Counted from the stretch's first letter, positions 47,634-58,400 are shown. The stretch is 64,000 nucleotides of DNA from an uncultured Spirochaetota bacterium (GCA_963781885.1 CAWAHW010000002.1:448001-512000); one strand, 5' to 3'. Notes: generated from the letters alone by a model not told the origin. Numbers and translations are program-made.

Positions 47634-48947
47634 ATGCAGAAACGGAGCGTCGTCATCATGGGCGCCGCGGGACGGGACTTCCACAATTTCAACTGCGTCT
47701 TCCGCGACGATGCAAACGTACGGGTCGCGGCATTCACGGCGACGCAGATCCCCGACATCGCCGGCCGCCGCTATCCCTCCGACCTCGCGGGAAAGCTCTA
47801 TCCCGGGGGGATCCCCATCATCCCGGAATCCGACCTGGAGGAGCTCTTTAAAAAGCAGAAGATCGATGAGGCCGTCTTCTCCTACTCGGACGTCTCCCAT
47901 CAGCATGTGATGGAGCAGGCGTCCCGCGTTGTCACACTCGGCGCCGACTTCCGCCTCCTCGGGGCGCGGCCCACCATGATCAAGGCGCGCGTGCCCGTGG
48001 TCGCCGTCTGCGCCGTGCGCACGGGAAGCGGCAAGAGCCAGACCACGCGACGGGTCGCGCGCATTTTGAAAGACATGGGCCGTACGCCGGTTGTCATCCG
48101 TCACCCTATGCCCTATGGCGACCTCTCTGCCCAGAAGGTGCAGCGTTTCGCGACCCTGGACGACATGAAGCGGCACAAGTGCACCATCGAGGAGATGGAG
48201 GAATACGAGCCGCACATCGACCAGGGCTTCGTCGTCTATGCGGGCGTTGACTATGCGGCCATCCTCGCCGAGGCGGAGAAGGAAGCGGACGTCGTTCTGT
48301 GGGACGGCGGCAACAACGACATTCCCTTTTATGTTCCGGACGTCCACATCACGGTCGTCGATCCCCACCGTCCTGGGCATGAGCTCACCTATTTCCCGGG
48401 CAGGGTGAACCTTGCCATGGCCGACGTGATCGTCATCAACAAGATCGACACGGCGACGCCGGAGGGCATCAACAAGGTGCGCGCAAGCATCCGCGCCGTG
48501 AATCCCCGCGCCGAGGTGGTCGACGCCGCCTCACCGATATTCGTGGACAATGCGGACGCCATCAGGGGGAAGCGCGTCCTCGTCGTGGAGGACGGCCCCA
48601 CCCTGACACACGGCGAGATGACCTATGGATCGGGCATGGTTGCGGCGGAGAAGTTCGGCGCCGCGGAGGTCGTGAATCCCCGGCCCTTCGTCACCGGCAA
48701 GATCAAGCGGACCTTCGAGCGCTACCCGAATATCGGGCCGCTCCTGCCGGCGCTCGGCTACGGGGACGAGCAGGTGCATGACCTGGAGGAGACGATCCGC
48801 CGGGTCCCGTGTGACCTGGTGATCGTGGCCACGCCGGTGGATCTCACGCGCATCATCGCGATCGACAAGCCCATGCTCCGGGTGCGCTACGAGCTGCAGG
48901 AGCTGGGCAACCCGAATCTCACGGATATCCTGAAAGCGAGGCTGTGA
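47634..48947 (+). CDS. P-loop NTPase of the cyclic-2,3-diphosphoglycerate-synthetase-like family; putative arginine synthetase (ArcE-type)
   Basis: IMGAAGRDFHNFN, AFTATQIP, RTGSGKSQT, RHPMPYG, WDGGNND, EDGPTLTHG; overlaps OTC start. Confidence 0.75.
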   Translation: MQKRSVVIMGAAGRDFHNFNCVFRDDANVRVAAFTATQIPDIAGRRYPSDLAGKLYPGGIPIIPESDLEELFKKQKIDEAVFSYSDVSHQHVMEQASRVVTLGADFRLLGARPTMIKARVPVVAVCAVRTGSGKSQTTRRVARILKDMGRTPVVIRHPMPYGDLSAQKVQRFATLDDMKRHKCTIEEMEEYEPHIDQGFVVYAGVDYAAILAEAEKEADVVLWDGGNNDIPFYVPDVHITVVDPHRPGHELTYFPGRVNLAMADVIVINKIDTATPEGINKVRASIRAVNPRAEVVDAASPIFVDNADAIRGKRVLVVEDGPTLTHGEMTYGSGMVAAEKFGAAEVVNPRPFVTGKIKRTFERYPNIGPLLPALGYGDEQVHDLEETIRRVPCDLVIVATPVDLTRIIAIDKPMLRVRYELQELGNPNLTDILKARL

Positions 48948-49885
48948 TGGCGGTGGACATGAAAGGCAGGTCGTTTCTCACGTTGAAGGACTGGAGCCCC
49001 GACGAGGTGCGCGCGGTGCTGAATCTCTCTCACCGCGTGAAGAAGGAGGGCAGGGCCGGCCGCCGCAAGCAGCGCTTCCAGGGAAGGACGCTTGCCCTGC
49101 TCTTCGAAAAGCGCTCCACGCGCACGCGCTCCGCATTCGAGACGGCCTTCGGCGAAGAGGGCGGGCACCCGGTCTTCCTGTCCACGTTGGACATCCATCT
49201 CGGCGTGAAGGAGGCGTTGGAGGATACCGCGCGGGTGCTCGGGCGCATGTTCGATGCGATAGAGTTCCGCGGCTTCAAGCAGTCGACCGTGGAGACGCTC
49301 GCGAAGTATGCCGGCGTGCCGGTGTACAACGGGCTCACCGATGAGTGGCATCCCACGCAGGTGCTTGCGGACCTCATGACGCTGGAAGAGGCCTTTGGCA
49401 CGGCGGCAGGCCGCAAGCTCGTGTTCGTGGGAGACGGCCGCAACAATGTGGCGCACACGTTGCTCGTCGGCTGCGCCCAGATGGGCGTGAACGTGACGAT
49501 CGCGGCTCCGGCCTCGCTGCAACCGGCCGTCGACGTCATGGAATGGTCGCGGGCGATGGCCGCACGGACGGGGTGCACCGTGTCCGCGATGACCGATCCG
49601 CGGGAGGCCGTGAAAGGCGCCGATGCCGTCTATACGGATGTCTGGGTCTCCATGGGAGAAGAGGAGAAAAGCGGCGAACGCATCGCCCTTCTCACGCCGT
49701 ACCAGGTGAATGACGCGCTGATGGCAGCAACCGGTAACAAAGACGCGATTTTCCTCCATTGTCTCCCTGCCGTGAAGGGCAAGGAAGTCACCGAAGCCGT
49801 CATCGAGGGACCGGCGTCCAGGGTTTGGGACGAGGCGGAAAATCGCAAGCACACGATCAAGGCGCTCATGCTCGCGACCCTGTGA
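48944..49885 (+). CDS. argF: Ornithine carbamoyltransferase
   Basis: STRTR, HPTQ.LAD, YTDVWVSMG, HCLP. Confidence 0.95.
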   Translation: MMAVDMKGRSFLTLKDWSPDEVRAVLNLSHRVKKEGRAGRRKQRFQGRTLALLFEKRSTRTRSAFETAFGEEGGHPVFLSTLDIHLGVKEALEDTARVLGRMFDAIEFRGFKQSTVETLAKYAGVPVYNGLTDEWHPTQVLADLMTLEEAFGTAAGRKLVFVGDGRNNVAHTLLVGCAQMGVNVTIAAPASLQPAVDVMEWSRAMAARTGCTVSAMTDPREAVKGADAVYTDVWVSMGEEEKSGERIALLTPYQVNDALMAATGNKDAIFLHCLPAVKGKEVTEAVIEGPASRVWDEAENRKHTIKALMLATL

Positions 49886-49913
49886 CTTGACGCGCGAGCG
49901 GAGCTCGCGGAAT

Positions 49914-49951
49914 GCCACAGAATCGCACGGAGTACCGTGCGATTCTGTGGC
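49914..49951. repeat. Perfect 17-bp-stem hairpin with AGTA loop (long form of the 27-bp array unit)
   Basis: GCCACAGAATCGCACGG-AGTA-CCGTGCGATTCTGTGGC. Confidence 0.9.
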
Positions 49952-50028
49952 CGGGCGAATCACCTTGAAATGAGCGCCGAAACCGCTATTATATTGGATG
50001 TGGCAAGGATGTGGTTGAGGAGGGCTCG

Positions 50029-50442
50029 ATGAAGAAGGCGGGCTTTGTTCTGGCTGCCGCGCTCCTGATGCTGGCAAGCGTGCCGGCGATTGCCCAGGCG
50101 CAGGCCTATCCCAAGGACGCGTACTACAAAGAGATGCCCATCATCAAGATCTGGAGCCATCAGCTCGGATACAAGATCCAGTTCTGGAGCAGCAAGTCCA
50201 CGGTAAACGAGATCTATGTCCCCCTCACCTGGTTCAACAAGGGATCCGATTCCAAGGCCGACATCTTCTATGGGAACGAGCCCCACTACCCGTACTTCGC
50301 CATTTACTGGGTGGACGGGAAATTCGACCATATCGACATCTACGCTTTGAACAACTACAACTCCCTCACGTGGGGCGTCCTGGAGTCGGCGACGGACCTC
50401 TCCAGCCAGTTCAACGTGCAGGACGTACCAAAGGATTTCTGA
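50029..50442 (+). CDS. Secreted hypothetical protein
   Basis: Signal peptide, GAGGAGG RBS, strongly biased codon usage. Confidence 0.75.
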   Translation: MKKAGFVLAAALLMLASVPAIAQAQAYPKDAYYKEMPIIKIWSHQLGYKIQFWSSKSTVNEIYVPLTWFNKGSDSKADIFYGNEPHYPYFAIYWVDGKFDHIDIYALNNYNSLTWGVLESATDLSSQFNVQDVPKDF

Positions 50443-50456
50443 GAGCCGCGCGACTC

Positions 50457-51626
50457 ATGCCGGACATCGAAGGGATACTGGAGGCCATCCGGGAGCAGCA
50501 GCTCTCCGGATGGCTTTTCTTCAACATCTGGCATCGTGACGAGATCGCCGACACGCTGCTGGAGGTGCCGCAGTCGCGCAGCAATTCCCGACCCTGGGTC
50601 TGCGTGCTCTGCCCCGGGCGCGCGGCGATCAAAATCGTCCATCGCATCGAAGCATCCATCCTCGATCACATTCCCGGCGAGAAGATCCTCTACTACACGA
50701 GGCAGGAATTCCTGGAGGCAATCGGCCGGGCGCTGCCCCGCGCGGCTGCTCTTGCCGTGAACTACAGCCCGGGCATCCCTGTCGGCTCGTTTCTCGACCA
50801 CGGCACGGCGCTGCTCCTCCAGTCCTTCGGCGCGGCTCTCGTCCCCTCGGAAAGCCTGGTCGCGCGCTGCCTGGGCGGTCTGAGCGCGGAGGGCCGTCGC
50901 ACGCACGAAGCAGCGGCCCAGGTGCTCTATGCTGCCGTGGCCGATGCCTGGTCGCGCATCCGGGCGGCCTTCGCGGAGGGCCGTCGCGTGACCGAAGGGC
51001 AGGCGCGGGACGGGATACTGGCGGCGCTGGAAGCTGCCGGCATGGAAAGCGATGCGCCCCCGATCGTCGGTGCGGGTGTGCATACTGCCGATCCGCATTT
51101 CGGCGTGCAGGCCGGGGGAGCGGCGCTGGAGCAGGGCGACGTCGTGCAATTCGACCTGTGGGCGAAGATGAAGACGCCGGGCGCGGTGTACGCGGACATC
51201 TCCTGGCTGGGCGTCTGCGCCTCCGCGCCCACCCCCGAGCAGAAGCGGCTCTTCGACGCGGTGGTGCAGGCGCGTGAAGCCGCCCTCGCCCTGCTCCAGC
51301 GCCGCCTTTCCGACGGGGCAGCCGTGACCGGCGCGGACGTGGACGGCGCCGCGCGCGCAGCGTTGGTAGAGGCGGGGTTCGCGGAGCTCATCAAACATCG
51401 CACGGGGCACAGCATCGGCGCGCGCGTGCATGGTTTCGGCGTCAATCTCGATTCGGTGGAGTTCCCCGACAAACGGACGCTCACCGATGGGGCTCTCTTC
51501 TCGATCGAGCCCGGCCTGTACGGCGAGGACTTCGGCATGCGCACCGAAATCGACTGCCTCATCCACGACGGCCGCGCCGTGGTGACTGGCCAACCGCGTC
51601 AGACGGCGCTCCTGACCCTCGGGTGA
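50457..51626 (+). CDS. M24 family (Xaa-Pro) aminopeptidase
   Basis: PH, DLW, ADISW, HRTGHSIG..VHG, SIEPGLY, RTE. Confidence 0.9.
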   Translation: MPDIEGILEAIREQQLSGWLFFNIWHRDEIADTLLEVPQSRSNSRPWVCVLCPGRAAIKIVHRIEASILDHIPGEKILYYTRQEFLEAIGRALPRAAALAVNYSPGIPVGSFLDHGTALLLQSFGAALVPSESLVARCLGGLSAEGRRTHEAAAQVLYAAVADAWSRIRAAFAEGRRVTEGQARDGILAALEAAGMESDAPPIVGAGVHTADPHFGVQAGGAALEQGDVVQFDLWAKMKTPGAVYADISWLGVCASAPTPEQKRLFDAVVQAREAALALLQRRLSDGAAVTGADVDGAARAALVEAGFAELIKHRTGHSIGARVHGFGVNLDSVEFPDKRTLTDGALFSIEPGLYGEDFGMRTEIDCLIHDGRAVVTGQPRQTALLTLG

Positions 51627-52600
51627 GCTCGTTGATCGATTCCTCTCCGGCGCTTGCCTTCATGCGCGCGCACCGCTCCTTCGTCGTCGTGGGGCACAAG
51701 GAGCCGGACGGGGACTGCGTCGCCTCCCAGCTTGCCGCGGCGGCGCTCCTGCGCGCGCTAGGCGCCGAGGTGACGCTCCATTCGGCGGGACCATTCGATC
51801 GGCCCGAGATCGCCGAATTTGAGGGCTCATTTTCGGCGACCATACCCGATTCCCGACGCAAGGGCAGCGCGGCGCTGATCGTGGACTGCTCGACGCCGGA
51901 TCGCACTGGAGCCCTCGGCAGCCGGCTGGAAGGGCTTCCCTGCCTCGTGATCGACCATCATTCCGCCGGCGAGCCTTTCGGCGATGCCCGATTCGTGGAC
52001 GCGGCGGCCCCCTCCACGACCGTGCTCATCCAGCGGCTTTTCGACGACGCCGGTATCGCCTACGATGCCGACACGGCCCGTCTCATGCTCTTCGGGCTGT
52101 GCACCGACACGGGTTTCTTCCGGCACCTGGGGAGGAACAGCGCGTCGACCTTCCGCACCGTCGCGCGCCTTGTCGAACAGGGCACCTCCACGTCGGAGAT
52201 CTTCATGATGGTGTACGGCCGGCGCGAGCTTTCGGCGCGCAAGCTGCTGGCGGAAATGCTTTTGCGGACGGAAAGCCATCGCGACGATCGGCTTCTCATC
52301 ACCTGGCAGACCCGGGAGGACCGGGATCGCCTTTCCGCGCACCAACGCGGGGAAGACGACGTGTATCGCCTCCTGCAGACCATCAAGGGCAACGTCGTGG
52401 TCGCCCTCATCAAGGAAGAAGGCGAGCTCCGCTTCTCCGTCGGCCTTCGCTCCACGAACGCCCTGGACGTGGGGGCGATCGCCGCGTCATTCGGCGGCGG
52501 CGGGCACAAGCAGGCAGCGGGATTCGACATTGCGGGAAGCCTTTCCCACGTGAAGGAGACACTCGTGCACGTGCTCTTCCCGCTGCTCGACCATTTGTAA
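51623..52600 (+). CDS. nrnA: DHH family bifunctional oligoribonuclease/PAP phosphatase
   Basis: H..PDGD, VDC, IDHH, TDTG.F, GGGGH..AAG. Confidence 0.9.
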   Translation: MSSLIDSSPALAFMRAHRSFVVVGHKEPDGDCVASQLAAAALLRALGAEVTLHSAGPFDRPEIAEFEGSFSATIPDSRRKGSAALIVDCSTPDRTGALGSRLEGLPCLVIDHHSAGEPFGDARFVDAAAPSTTVLIQRLFDDAGIAYDADTARLMLFGLCTDTGFFRHLGRNSASTFRTVARLVEQGTSTSEIFMMVYGRRELSARKLLAEMLLRTESHRDDRLLITWQTREDRDRLSAHQRGEDDVYRLLQTIKGNVVVALIKEEGELRFSVGLRSTNALDVGAIAASFGGGGHKQAAGFDIAGSLSHVKETLVHVLFPLLDHL

Positions 52601-52694
52601 GCGAATGTAAGGATTGGGCCCGTTCGGGACTCCTTTTTCCCCCTTTTCTGGCACGAGGCTTGCACTCCTCCCGATCGCAATCGAGGAGGAAAGA

Positions 52695-53552
52695 ATGGAA
52701 AGTCTCACGGAAAAAGTCCTTCAGTACCAGAAATCGCGCGAAGGCCTGCGCACGCTCATGGACGAGATCGCCCCGCGCGTCTACCAGTTCCCCCGGCGCA
52801 CGATGGGCTGGGATGAGGACGCATGCGGTGACTTCTACGTTTTCATCCACCCGCGCATCGTCCGTCTCCTGGACCGGTTCCGCGACCAGGGCAAGCCCTT
52901 CGAGTCCTACCTTTGGGCCGTCCTGGGCTGGCAGCTTCGCAACTTCGCCCGCGAGCGCAGGCGGTCCGAGCGTGCCTGGCAGGTGTCGCTCCGCATTGAC
53001 CCGGGGGACCTCGTCACGCGGGATCACGCGGATGAAGAGGACGATGCCGGCGCCTTGCGAACATATGCCCGTCTTGGGAAGGTCCTGCGGAGCGGCGCGG
53101 ACAGGCGCAATTTCCTGTTCCTGGTCCTGAAGTGCGCGCGGGTGCTCGACGAGGAAAGCGCCCGGCCGCTTGCGGCCATCGCCGGGGTCACCGTGGAGGC
53201 GTTGCTCTCTCTGGCAAGCGCGCTTCGGGAGATGCGACGGTCGCGGCTCGCGCGGCTCGAGACGTTGCGCTGCAGGCGAAACAAGGCTTTCTCACAGGCG
53301 CGGCTCATCGAGGCGGAGCTGAAGGCCGAGACCGCCCCCGAAAGGATAGAATCGCTGCAAATCGCCCTGCACCGCGCGCGCCGCAGAACGGCCGGCTCTG
53401 CCGCGCGGATGGCAAAAGTGGGCGTTTCACCGACGAATCTCGAGATCGCGCGCATTCTGGGCATTCCCAAGGGCACCGTCGACTCCGGACTTTTCTGGTT
53501 GAAGAAGAAACTGACGTCGGTATATGATCCTGAAGGCCTGAGGACTGCATGA
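52695..53552 (+). CDS. Divergent sigma70-like RNA polymerase sigma factor
   Basis: Region-2-like D...DFY.......LLDRF...G.PF..YL; C-terminal HTH TNLEIARILGIPKGTVDSGL; GAGGAGG RBS. Confidence 0.65.
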   Translation: MESLTEKVLQYQKSREGLRTLMDEIAPRVYQFPRRTMGWDEDACGDFYVFIHPRIVRLLDRFRDQGKPFESYLWAVLGWQLRNFARERRRSERAWQVSLRIDPGDLVTRDHADEEDDAGALRTYARLGKVLRSGADRRNFLFLVLKCARVLDEESARPLAAIAGVTVEALLSLASALREMRRSRLARLETLRCRRNKAFSQARLIEAELKAETAPERIESLQIALHRARRRTAGSAARMAKVGVSPTNLEIARILGIPKGTVDSGLFWLKKKLTSVYDPEGLRTA

Positions 53553-54149
53553 TGGTGACCGAGCTGCTGCTTGCATCGAATAACGAACACAAAAGACTCG
53601 AGCTCGATCGCCTCTTTCCCGGCGTGACCGTCAAGATGCCCCGGGATATGGGCCTCTCCTTCGATTTCGAGGAAGATGGAGAGACGTTCCTCGCGAATGC
53701 GCATGGCAAGGCAATGGCGCTCTTCGAGGCGGCGCGCATGCCCGTCATCGCCGATGACTCCGGCCTCTGTGTCCCGGCCCTGGGCGGGGAGCCGGGCATC
53801 TATTCCAACCGCTACGGCGTCGCGCCCGGCGCGAAACCCCTGGAAACGCCCGCGCGCAACGAGTACCTGCTGGGACGCATGCGCGGGGAGCAGGCCAGGG
53901 ACGCCTATTTCGTATGCTGCCTCGTGGTCGTGCTTGGGGAGAGCAGGTTTCTCGTGGCGCAGGAGACCGCGGAAGGGGTGATTGCCGATGCGCCCCGGGG
54001 CAGGAATGGTTTCGGATACGACCCGCTCTTCCTTTTTCCCGGCCTGAAGCGAACGATGGCCGAGCTTTCGGATACCGAGAAGGACACGCTGTCCCACCGG
54101 GGGCGAGCTGCGCGACGGATGCTCGCGTTGCTTCGCGCTGACGTTCTAA
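53549..54149 (+). CDS. rdgB: Non-canonical purine NTP pyrophosphatase (ITPase/HAM1); true stop inferred at TAA 54147-54149 after removing one base near 54134
   Basis: ASNN.HK..E, E.G.TF..NA..KA, ADDSGL, PG.YS.RY, GFGYDP.F, SHRG. Confidence 0.9.
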
Positions 54150-54161
54150 GGTATTTGGCCG

Positions 54162-54371
54162 GCCACGGAGTACCGTGGCGGACCGAATGCCACGGAGTAC
54201 CGTGGCGGACCGAATGCCACGGAGTACCGTGGCGGACCGAATGCCACGGAGTACCGTGGCGGACCGAATGCCACGGAGTACCGTGGCGGACCGAATGCCA
54301 CGGAGTACCGTGGCGGACCGAATGCCACGGAGTACCGTGGCGGACCGAATGCCACGGAGTACCGTGGCGGA
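54162..54371. repeat. Tandem array of 27-bp units GCCACGGAGTACCGTGGCGGACCGAAT (7 full + 1 partial), each containing a 7-bp-stem hairpin
   Basis: Units start at 54162, 54189, 54216, 54243, 54270, 54297, 54324 and 54351; identical linkers. Confidence 0.97.
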
Positions 54372-54380
54372 GGAATGTTG

Positions 54381-55433
54381 ATGGACCTGATCGCAGAGTA
54401 TGCAAACGGGGTGTCGGAGCTCACGAAGTTCTCGCTCAAGCAGGAACAGCTCCCGCTGATCGTGGACGTCATCGTCAACCCCCACGCAGGCTTCTTCAAG
54501 CGCCTGTCCACCGTGTCGAAGCTGATCGCCGAGCTCGATATGAAGCTTGCGGAGCTCCGGCATCGCGCCCCGCGCCGGAAGATCGAGGTGAACACGGTGC
54601 ATTTCACGGAGCACCCGGGTCACGCGCGGCTGATCACGGAAAAAATCCTGGACGACGAGGCGCGGACAACGTCGGGCATCGAACGCCTCCTGATCGCGTG
54701 CGGCGGGGACGGCACGAGCAACGAGATCTGCACGGCCCTTGTCGGCGCGGAGTCGCCGATCCTGGACCAGATGAAGCTCCTGCGCCTTCCTCTGGGCACG
54801 GGAAATGACGTCGCCGACGCGCCCACCTTCGCCGACGCATATGACCTGATACTCGGATCCAGGGAGGCCACGAAGACGGGAGCCCTCCGGGTCACCGCCG
54901 CGGCGGCGCCGCCGCGCTACTCGTTCAATATCGGGAGCATCGGTCTGGATGCTTTCATCGCCGGTCTCACGAACAACTTCAAGCGCGTGATCCCGGGGGA
55001 CGCCTACAAGCTCATGGTGGACATCGGCTCCCTGTTCTACGAGCGGAGGATCAAGCCGCTGCCGATGGACATCGCGGTGACGGGGAACGGGGTCACGAAG
55101 CAGCTTCCATCATTCGTCCCCTCCATGGTGGCCATGGGCATCAGCGGCGGACGGACCTACGGCGGGCACATGCCCGTGCTGCCGGGCGCGGATAATCTCT
55201 GCATCGTCGGGAGCATGACCGTATTGGAGAAGATCCGCAACAAGAAGCTCTTCTACGTCGGTCGGCACGGCGAGCTGCCGCAGGCGCGCTTCTTTACCGC
55301 GTCCCGCATCGACATCGGCTATCGCGGCCGGATTCCGATGCAGCTCGACGGGGAATTCGCGTGGCTCACGCCCGCCGATTTCCCCCTCTCCATGGAGGTC
55401 CTTCCCCCCCGCATCAGGGTCCTGCGGCACTAA
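54381..55433 (+). CDS. Diacylglycerol/lipid kinase family protein
   Basis: IVNPHAG, T..PGHA, GGDGT.NE, LPLGTGND, QLDGE. Confidence 0.85.
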   Translation: MDLIAEYANGVSELTKFSLKQEQLPLIVDVIVNPHAGFFKRLSTVSKLIAELDMKLAELRHRAPRRKIEVNTVHFTEHPGHARLITEKILDDEARTTSGIERLLIACGGDGTSNEICTALVGAESPILDQMKLLRLPLGTGNDVADAPTFADAYDLILGSREATKTGALRVTAAAAPPRYSFNIGSIGLDAFIAGLTNNFKRVIPGDAYKLMVDIGSLFYERRIKPLPMDIAVTGNGVTKQLPSFVPSMVAMGISGGRTYGGHMPVLPGADNLCIVGSMTVLEKIRNKKLFYVGRHGELPQARFFTASRIDIGYRGRIPMQLDGEFAWLTPADFPLSMEVLPPRIRVLRH

Positions 55434-58400
55434 ATATCCGGCTCATGGCCTGCCTCTGAAAGCGACTGGAGCAAGCGGTCCCAGCGATACCCATGCGCTT
55501 CGGCGGCCGCGCGCACCGTTGCCGGGTCCTGCACGCTCAGGCCGTCGGCACGCAGCGCGACGGCCGCGCAGTCGACGGCGACCAGCAGGGATTCCTTCCT
55601 GCACCAGCGCACTCCCTCGAACGAATTGACGCCGAAGGCGCTCTCTGCTGACGGCAGGGCAAGGATGGCCGCCCACGTGATCCTACGATCCCGGCTGCCG
55701 GGCGCCATCCGCGATTCGGCATCCAGCAGCAGCTCCACCAGGGAGATGGCTCCCCTGCTCGCTTCCGCGTCCCACCCGGCATGCTGCAGGAACTCGGCAA
55801 GGGGGGCGGCGAGCATCCATTCCTGCATGAAGGCCGGAAGCGGCGATTCTGAAGGCGACGGGCCGGCAAGGGGCCGCAGGATCCTCCATGCCTGAAGAAA
55901 GGCTTCCACGGGCGGGTTGGAAATGGCGGCAATCGCGGACTTGGCCGCGGCGTCGGAACGGGGAACGGTGCGCGCAGCTTTGACGCCGGTCCCTGCGGGT
56001 GCGGTCAGAAATGATTCGAACTCCTTCAGGGCAGCGGCGGCGTCGATGCGGCCGCGCGCGTGGGGCGCGATCGCGTCGAGCAAGCCGGCGTAGAGGCGAA
56101 GACTCTCCGCGCGCGGCGAATCCGCCGCACGCCACAGCGCGGTCTTGAAGGCGTTGATGAGCGGCCGAAGCTCCCGCTCTCGAAGGGCTGCATCGAGACT
56201 GGGTACACCCCGGCCTTCCAGCTCATGCGCCAGGCGCGACCAGCGGCCCTGCGGGTCGTCGTGGATCACGCCGAGGTCGAGGAACACCTGGCACTGGTAG
56301 GCACTCAGCTCGGCGTACAGCCCTTTCTCCCACAGCTCGCGGCAGCTGCGCATGAACTGCAGACCCGAGCGGTGCTCGCGGAAGACCAGGAACGCCGAGG
56401 GATCGTTGGGCAGCGCGAGCCCTTCGGCGAGCTGCTTCTGCACGATGGTCTTCCCATCGGGGGTCTTCACCGCATAGCCGACGGAGGTGCGCACCCAGCC
56501 CCGTGCGCGCGCGTAGCGGTTGTTGTAGAGCACCAGGCCCTGCTCGTCGCCCCTGCGGTTGGAGTATGCGAAGACGTCCTCGTTGACGGCGCCTTCCTGC
56601 CAGAAATCGTAGAGCAGGAAGGCTTCCACGCCGGAGAAGATATGGCGCCGGCGCAGCAGCGGGAAGATCTCTCGCTCGTGCCGTTCCACCAGTCCCGCGC
56701 TGACGGCTTCATTCCAGTAGGCGCGGCGGAACTCCATGCCGTACTTCTCCTTGAAGCCTTCCAGCTGGCCGTGCGCGAACATGGGCAGGCCCGGCAGCGT
56801 GGCAAGGAGCGTGCAGACGCCGATGTACTTGTCGCCGTCGCCGAACTGCTCGATGGCGGTCTGCTCGTCGGGATTGCTCATGAAGTTCACGAAGCGCTTC
56901 AGCACCTCGGGATCGAACTCCAGCGTGTTGCAGATGGTCTGCCGATAGCCGGCGTTGTCCTCATCCTTCAGCATGTGCATGAAGGCGCTGTTGTAGACCC
57001 GGTGCATGCCGAGGGTGCGGACGAAGAATCCTTCCAGGAGCCAGAACGCCTCTGCGAGAAGGAGCGTGTCCGGCGCCTCCCGCGCCACCCTGTCCACGAC
57101 CTCCCGCCAGAACTCCGCGGGCATGGCACGGTCGAAATCGTGCCTGCTCATGCCGTTGCCGGCCCGTGACGGGATATCTCCTCCCTTGCCGGGCTCGGGG
57201 AACCACAGCCTCTGGTAATGCTTCTTGGCGAGCGTCATGGCCGCGTCGAAGCGGATGATGGGGAAGGACCGCGCGACGTGAAGAATGGTCTGGATCACCG
57301 CCTCGCGCGTCTCGGGATTCAGGAAATCAAGCTGCGCCGTGTCGTTCCACGGCATGTGCGTGCCGTCGTTGCCGTGGTAGATCAGGCGCGTGTCGCCGGT
57401 GGCGAAATCGACGCGCTTGAACACGACGGCCGCGTCGCTCTTGTCCCAGTAGTGGTCCTCGAGGTACACCCCGACGCCTGGTGTCCGGGAGACGTTCGGC
57501 CCGTTGAACGTGTAGGAGGGGAAGGGCGGCCAGGGGTGCGGCCACGACAGGAAGCGGCCGGGGTGCCGCGCCATCCACCGGGAATCCACGCCCGTGTGGT
57601 TGGGCACCATGTCGCTTGCCAGGCGGATGCCGCGCTGCCAGGCGCGTGCTTTTAGGTCGTCCAGCGCCTGCTGGCCGCCCAGCTCCGCGGCAACGACATA
57701 GTCGAACAGCGAATAGGCGGATGCCTCCGCGTCGGCGTTTCCCATGCGCCGCTTGATCTCGCGCGATGCGCCGCTGCGCTCCCAGACGCCGATGAGCCAG
57801 AGCGCCGTGAAACCCGCGCGCGACAGCCGGTCCAGCTCTTCATCGGGCACCTGGTCGAGACGGCGAATATCGCGGCCGTGCGCGCGCGAAAGCTGGTCCA
57901 GCCACACCAACGCATTCTTGGCGATCATGACGGCGCGCGGCATCCAGTCCTTGTCCGCGCTGAATGCCTCCACCTCGCCGGCCTGGCCGGCGTATTCGTA
58001 GACCTCGGGCGGGCCCGGTGGGAGCCCCCGGAAGCGCATCTTCTCTTCTTCGCGGATGATGTCGAGGCCCGTGAGAAGGCGCAGGAGGAAGTCCCCCAGC
58101 AGCGATGCCCACCGCGCGCGGATGTACTCCAGCTGCCCCTTCAGCGAATGGGGCGCCGCGCGCATGGGGCTTTCCAGCATCGTGACGAGGTCCTGGTTGT
58201 CCGGCCCGAACGGAGGCTCGCCGGCGAAGAATCCTCCCAGGAGGCCGACGATCTGCCGGTAAGGCGTCCGCGCGAGCTCCGCGTCGTCAAAGAGCTCGCC
58301 GAAAGGGGAAAAGGCGGGGTTGGCGTTGGCATGCGACACCAGGAGCATATGCGGGAGGACGGCCGCCGCGTCGGGGAATACCTCGCCGAAGCGCGCCTCC

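Noticed and set aside
54162-54371. CRISPR array
   Set aside because: The linkers are identical 9-mers, so there are no unique spacers; no cas genes in the window
53549-54808. RdgB with a (CHGVPWRTE)n metal-binding tail (419-aa ORF)
   Set aside because: It would overlap the kinase gene by more than 400 bp; removing one base near 54134 gives a normal end at TAA 54149. Not fully excluded without reads.
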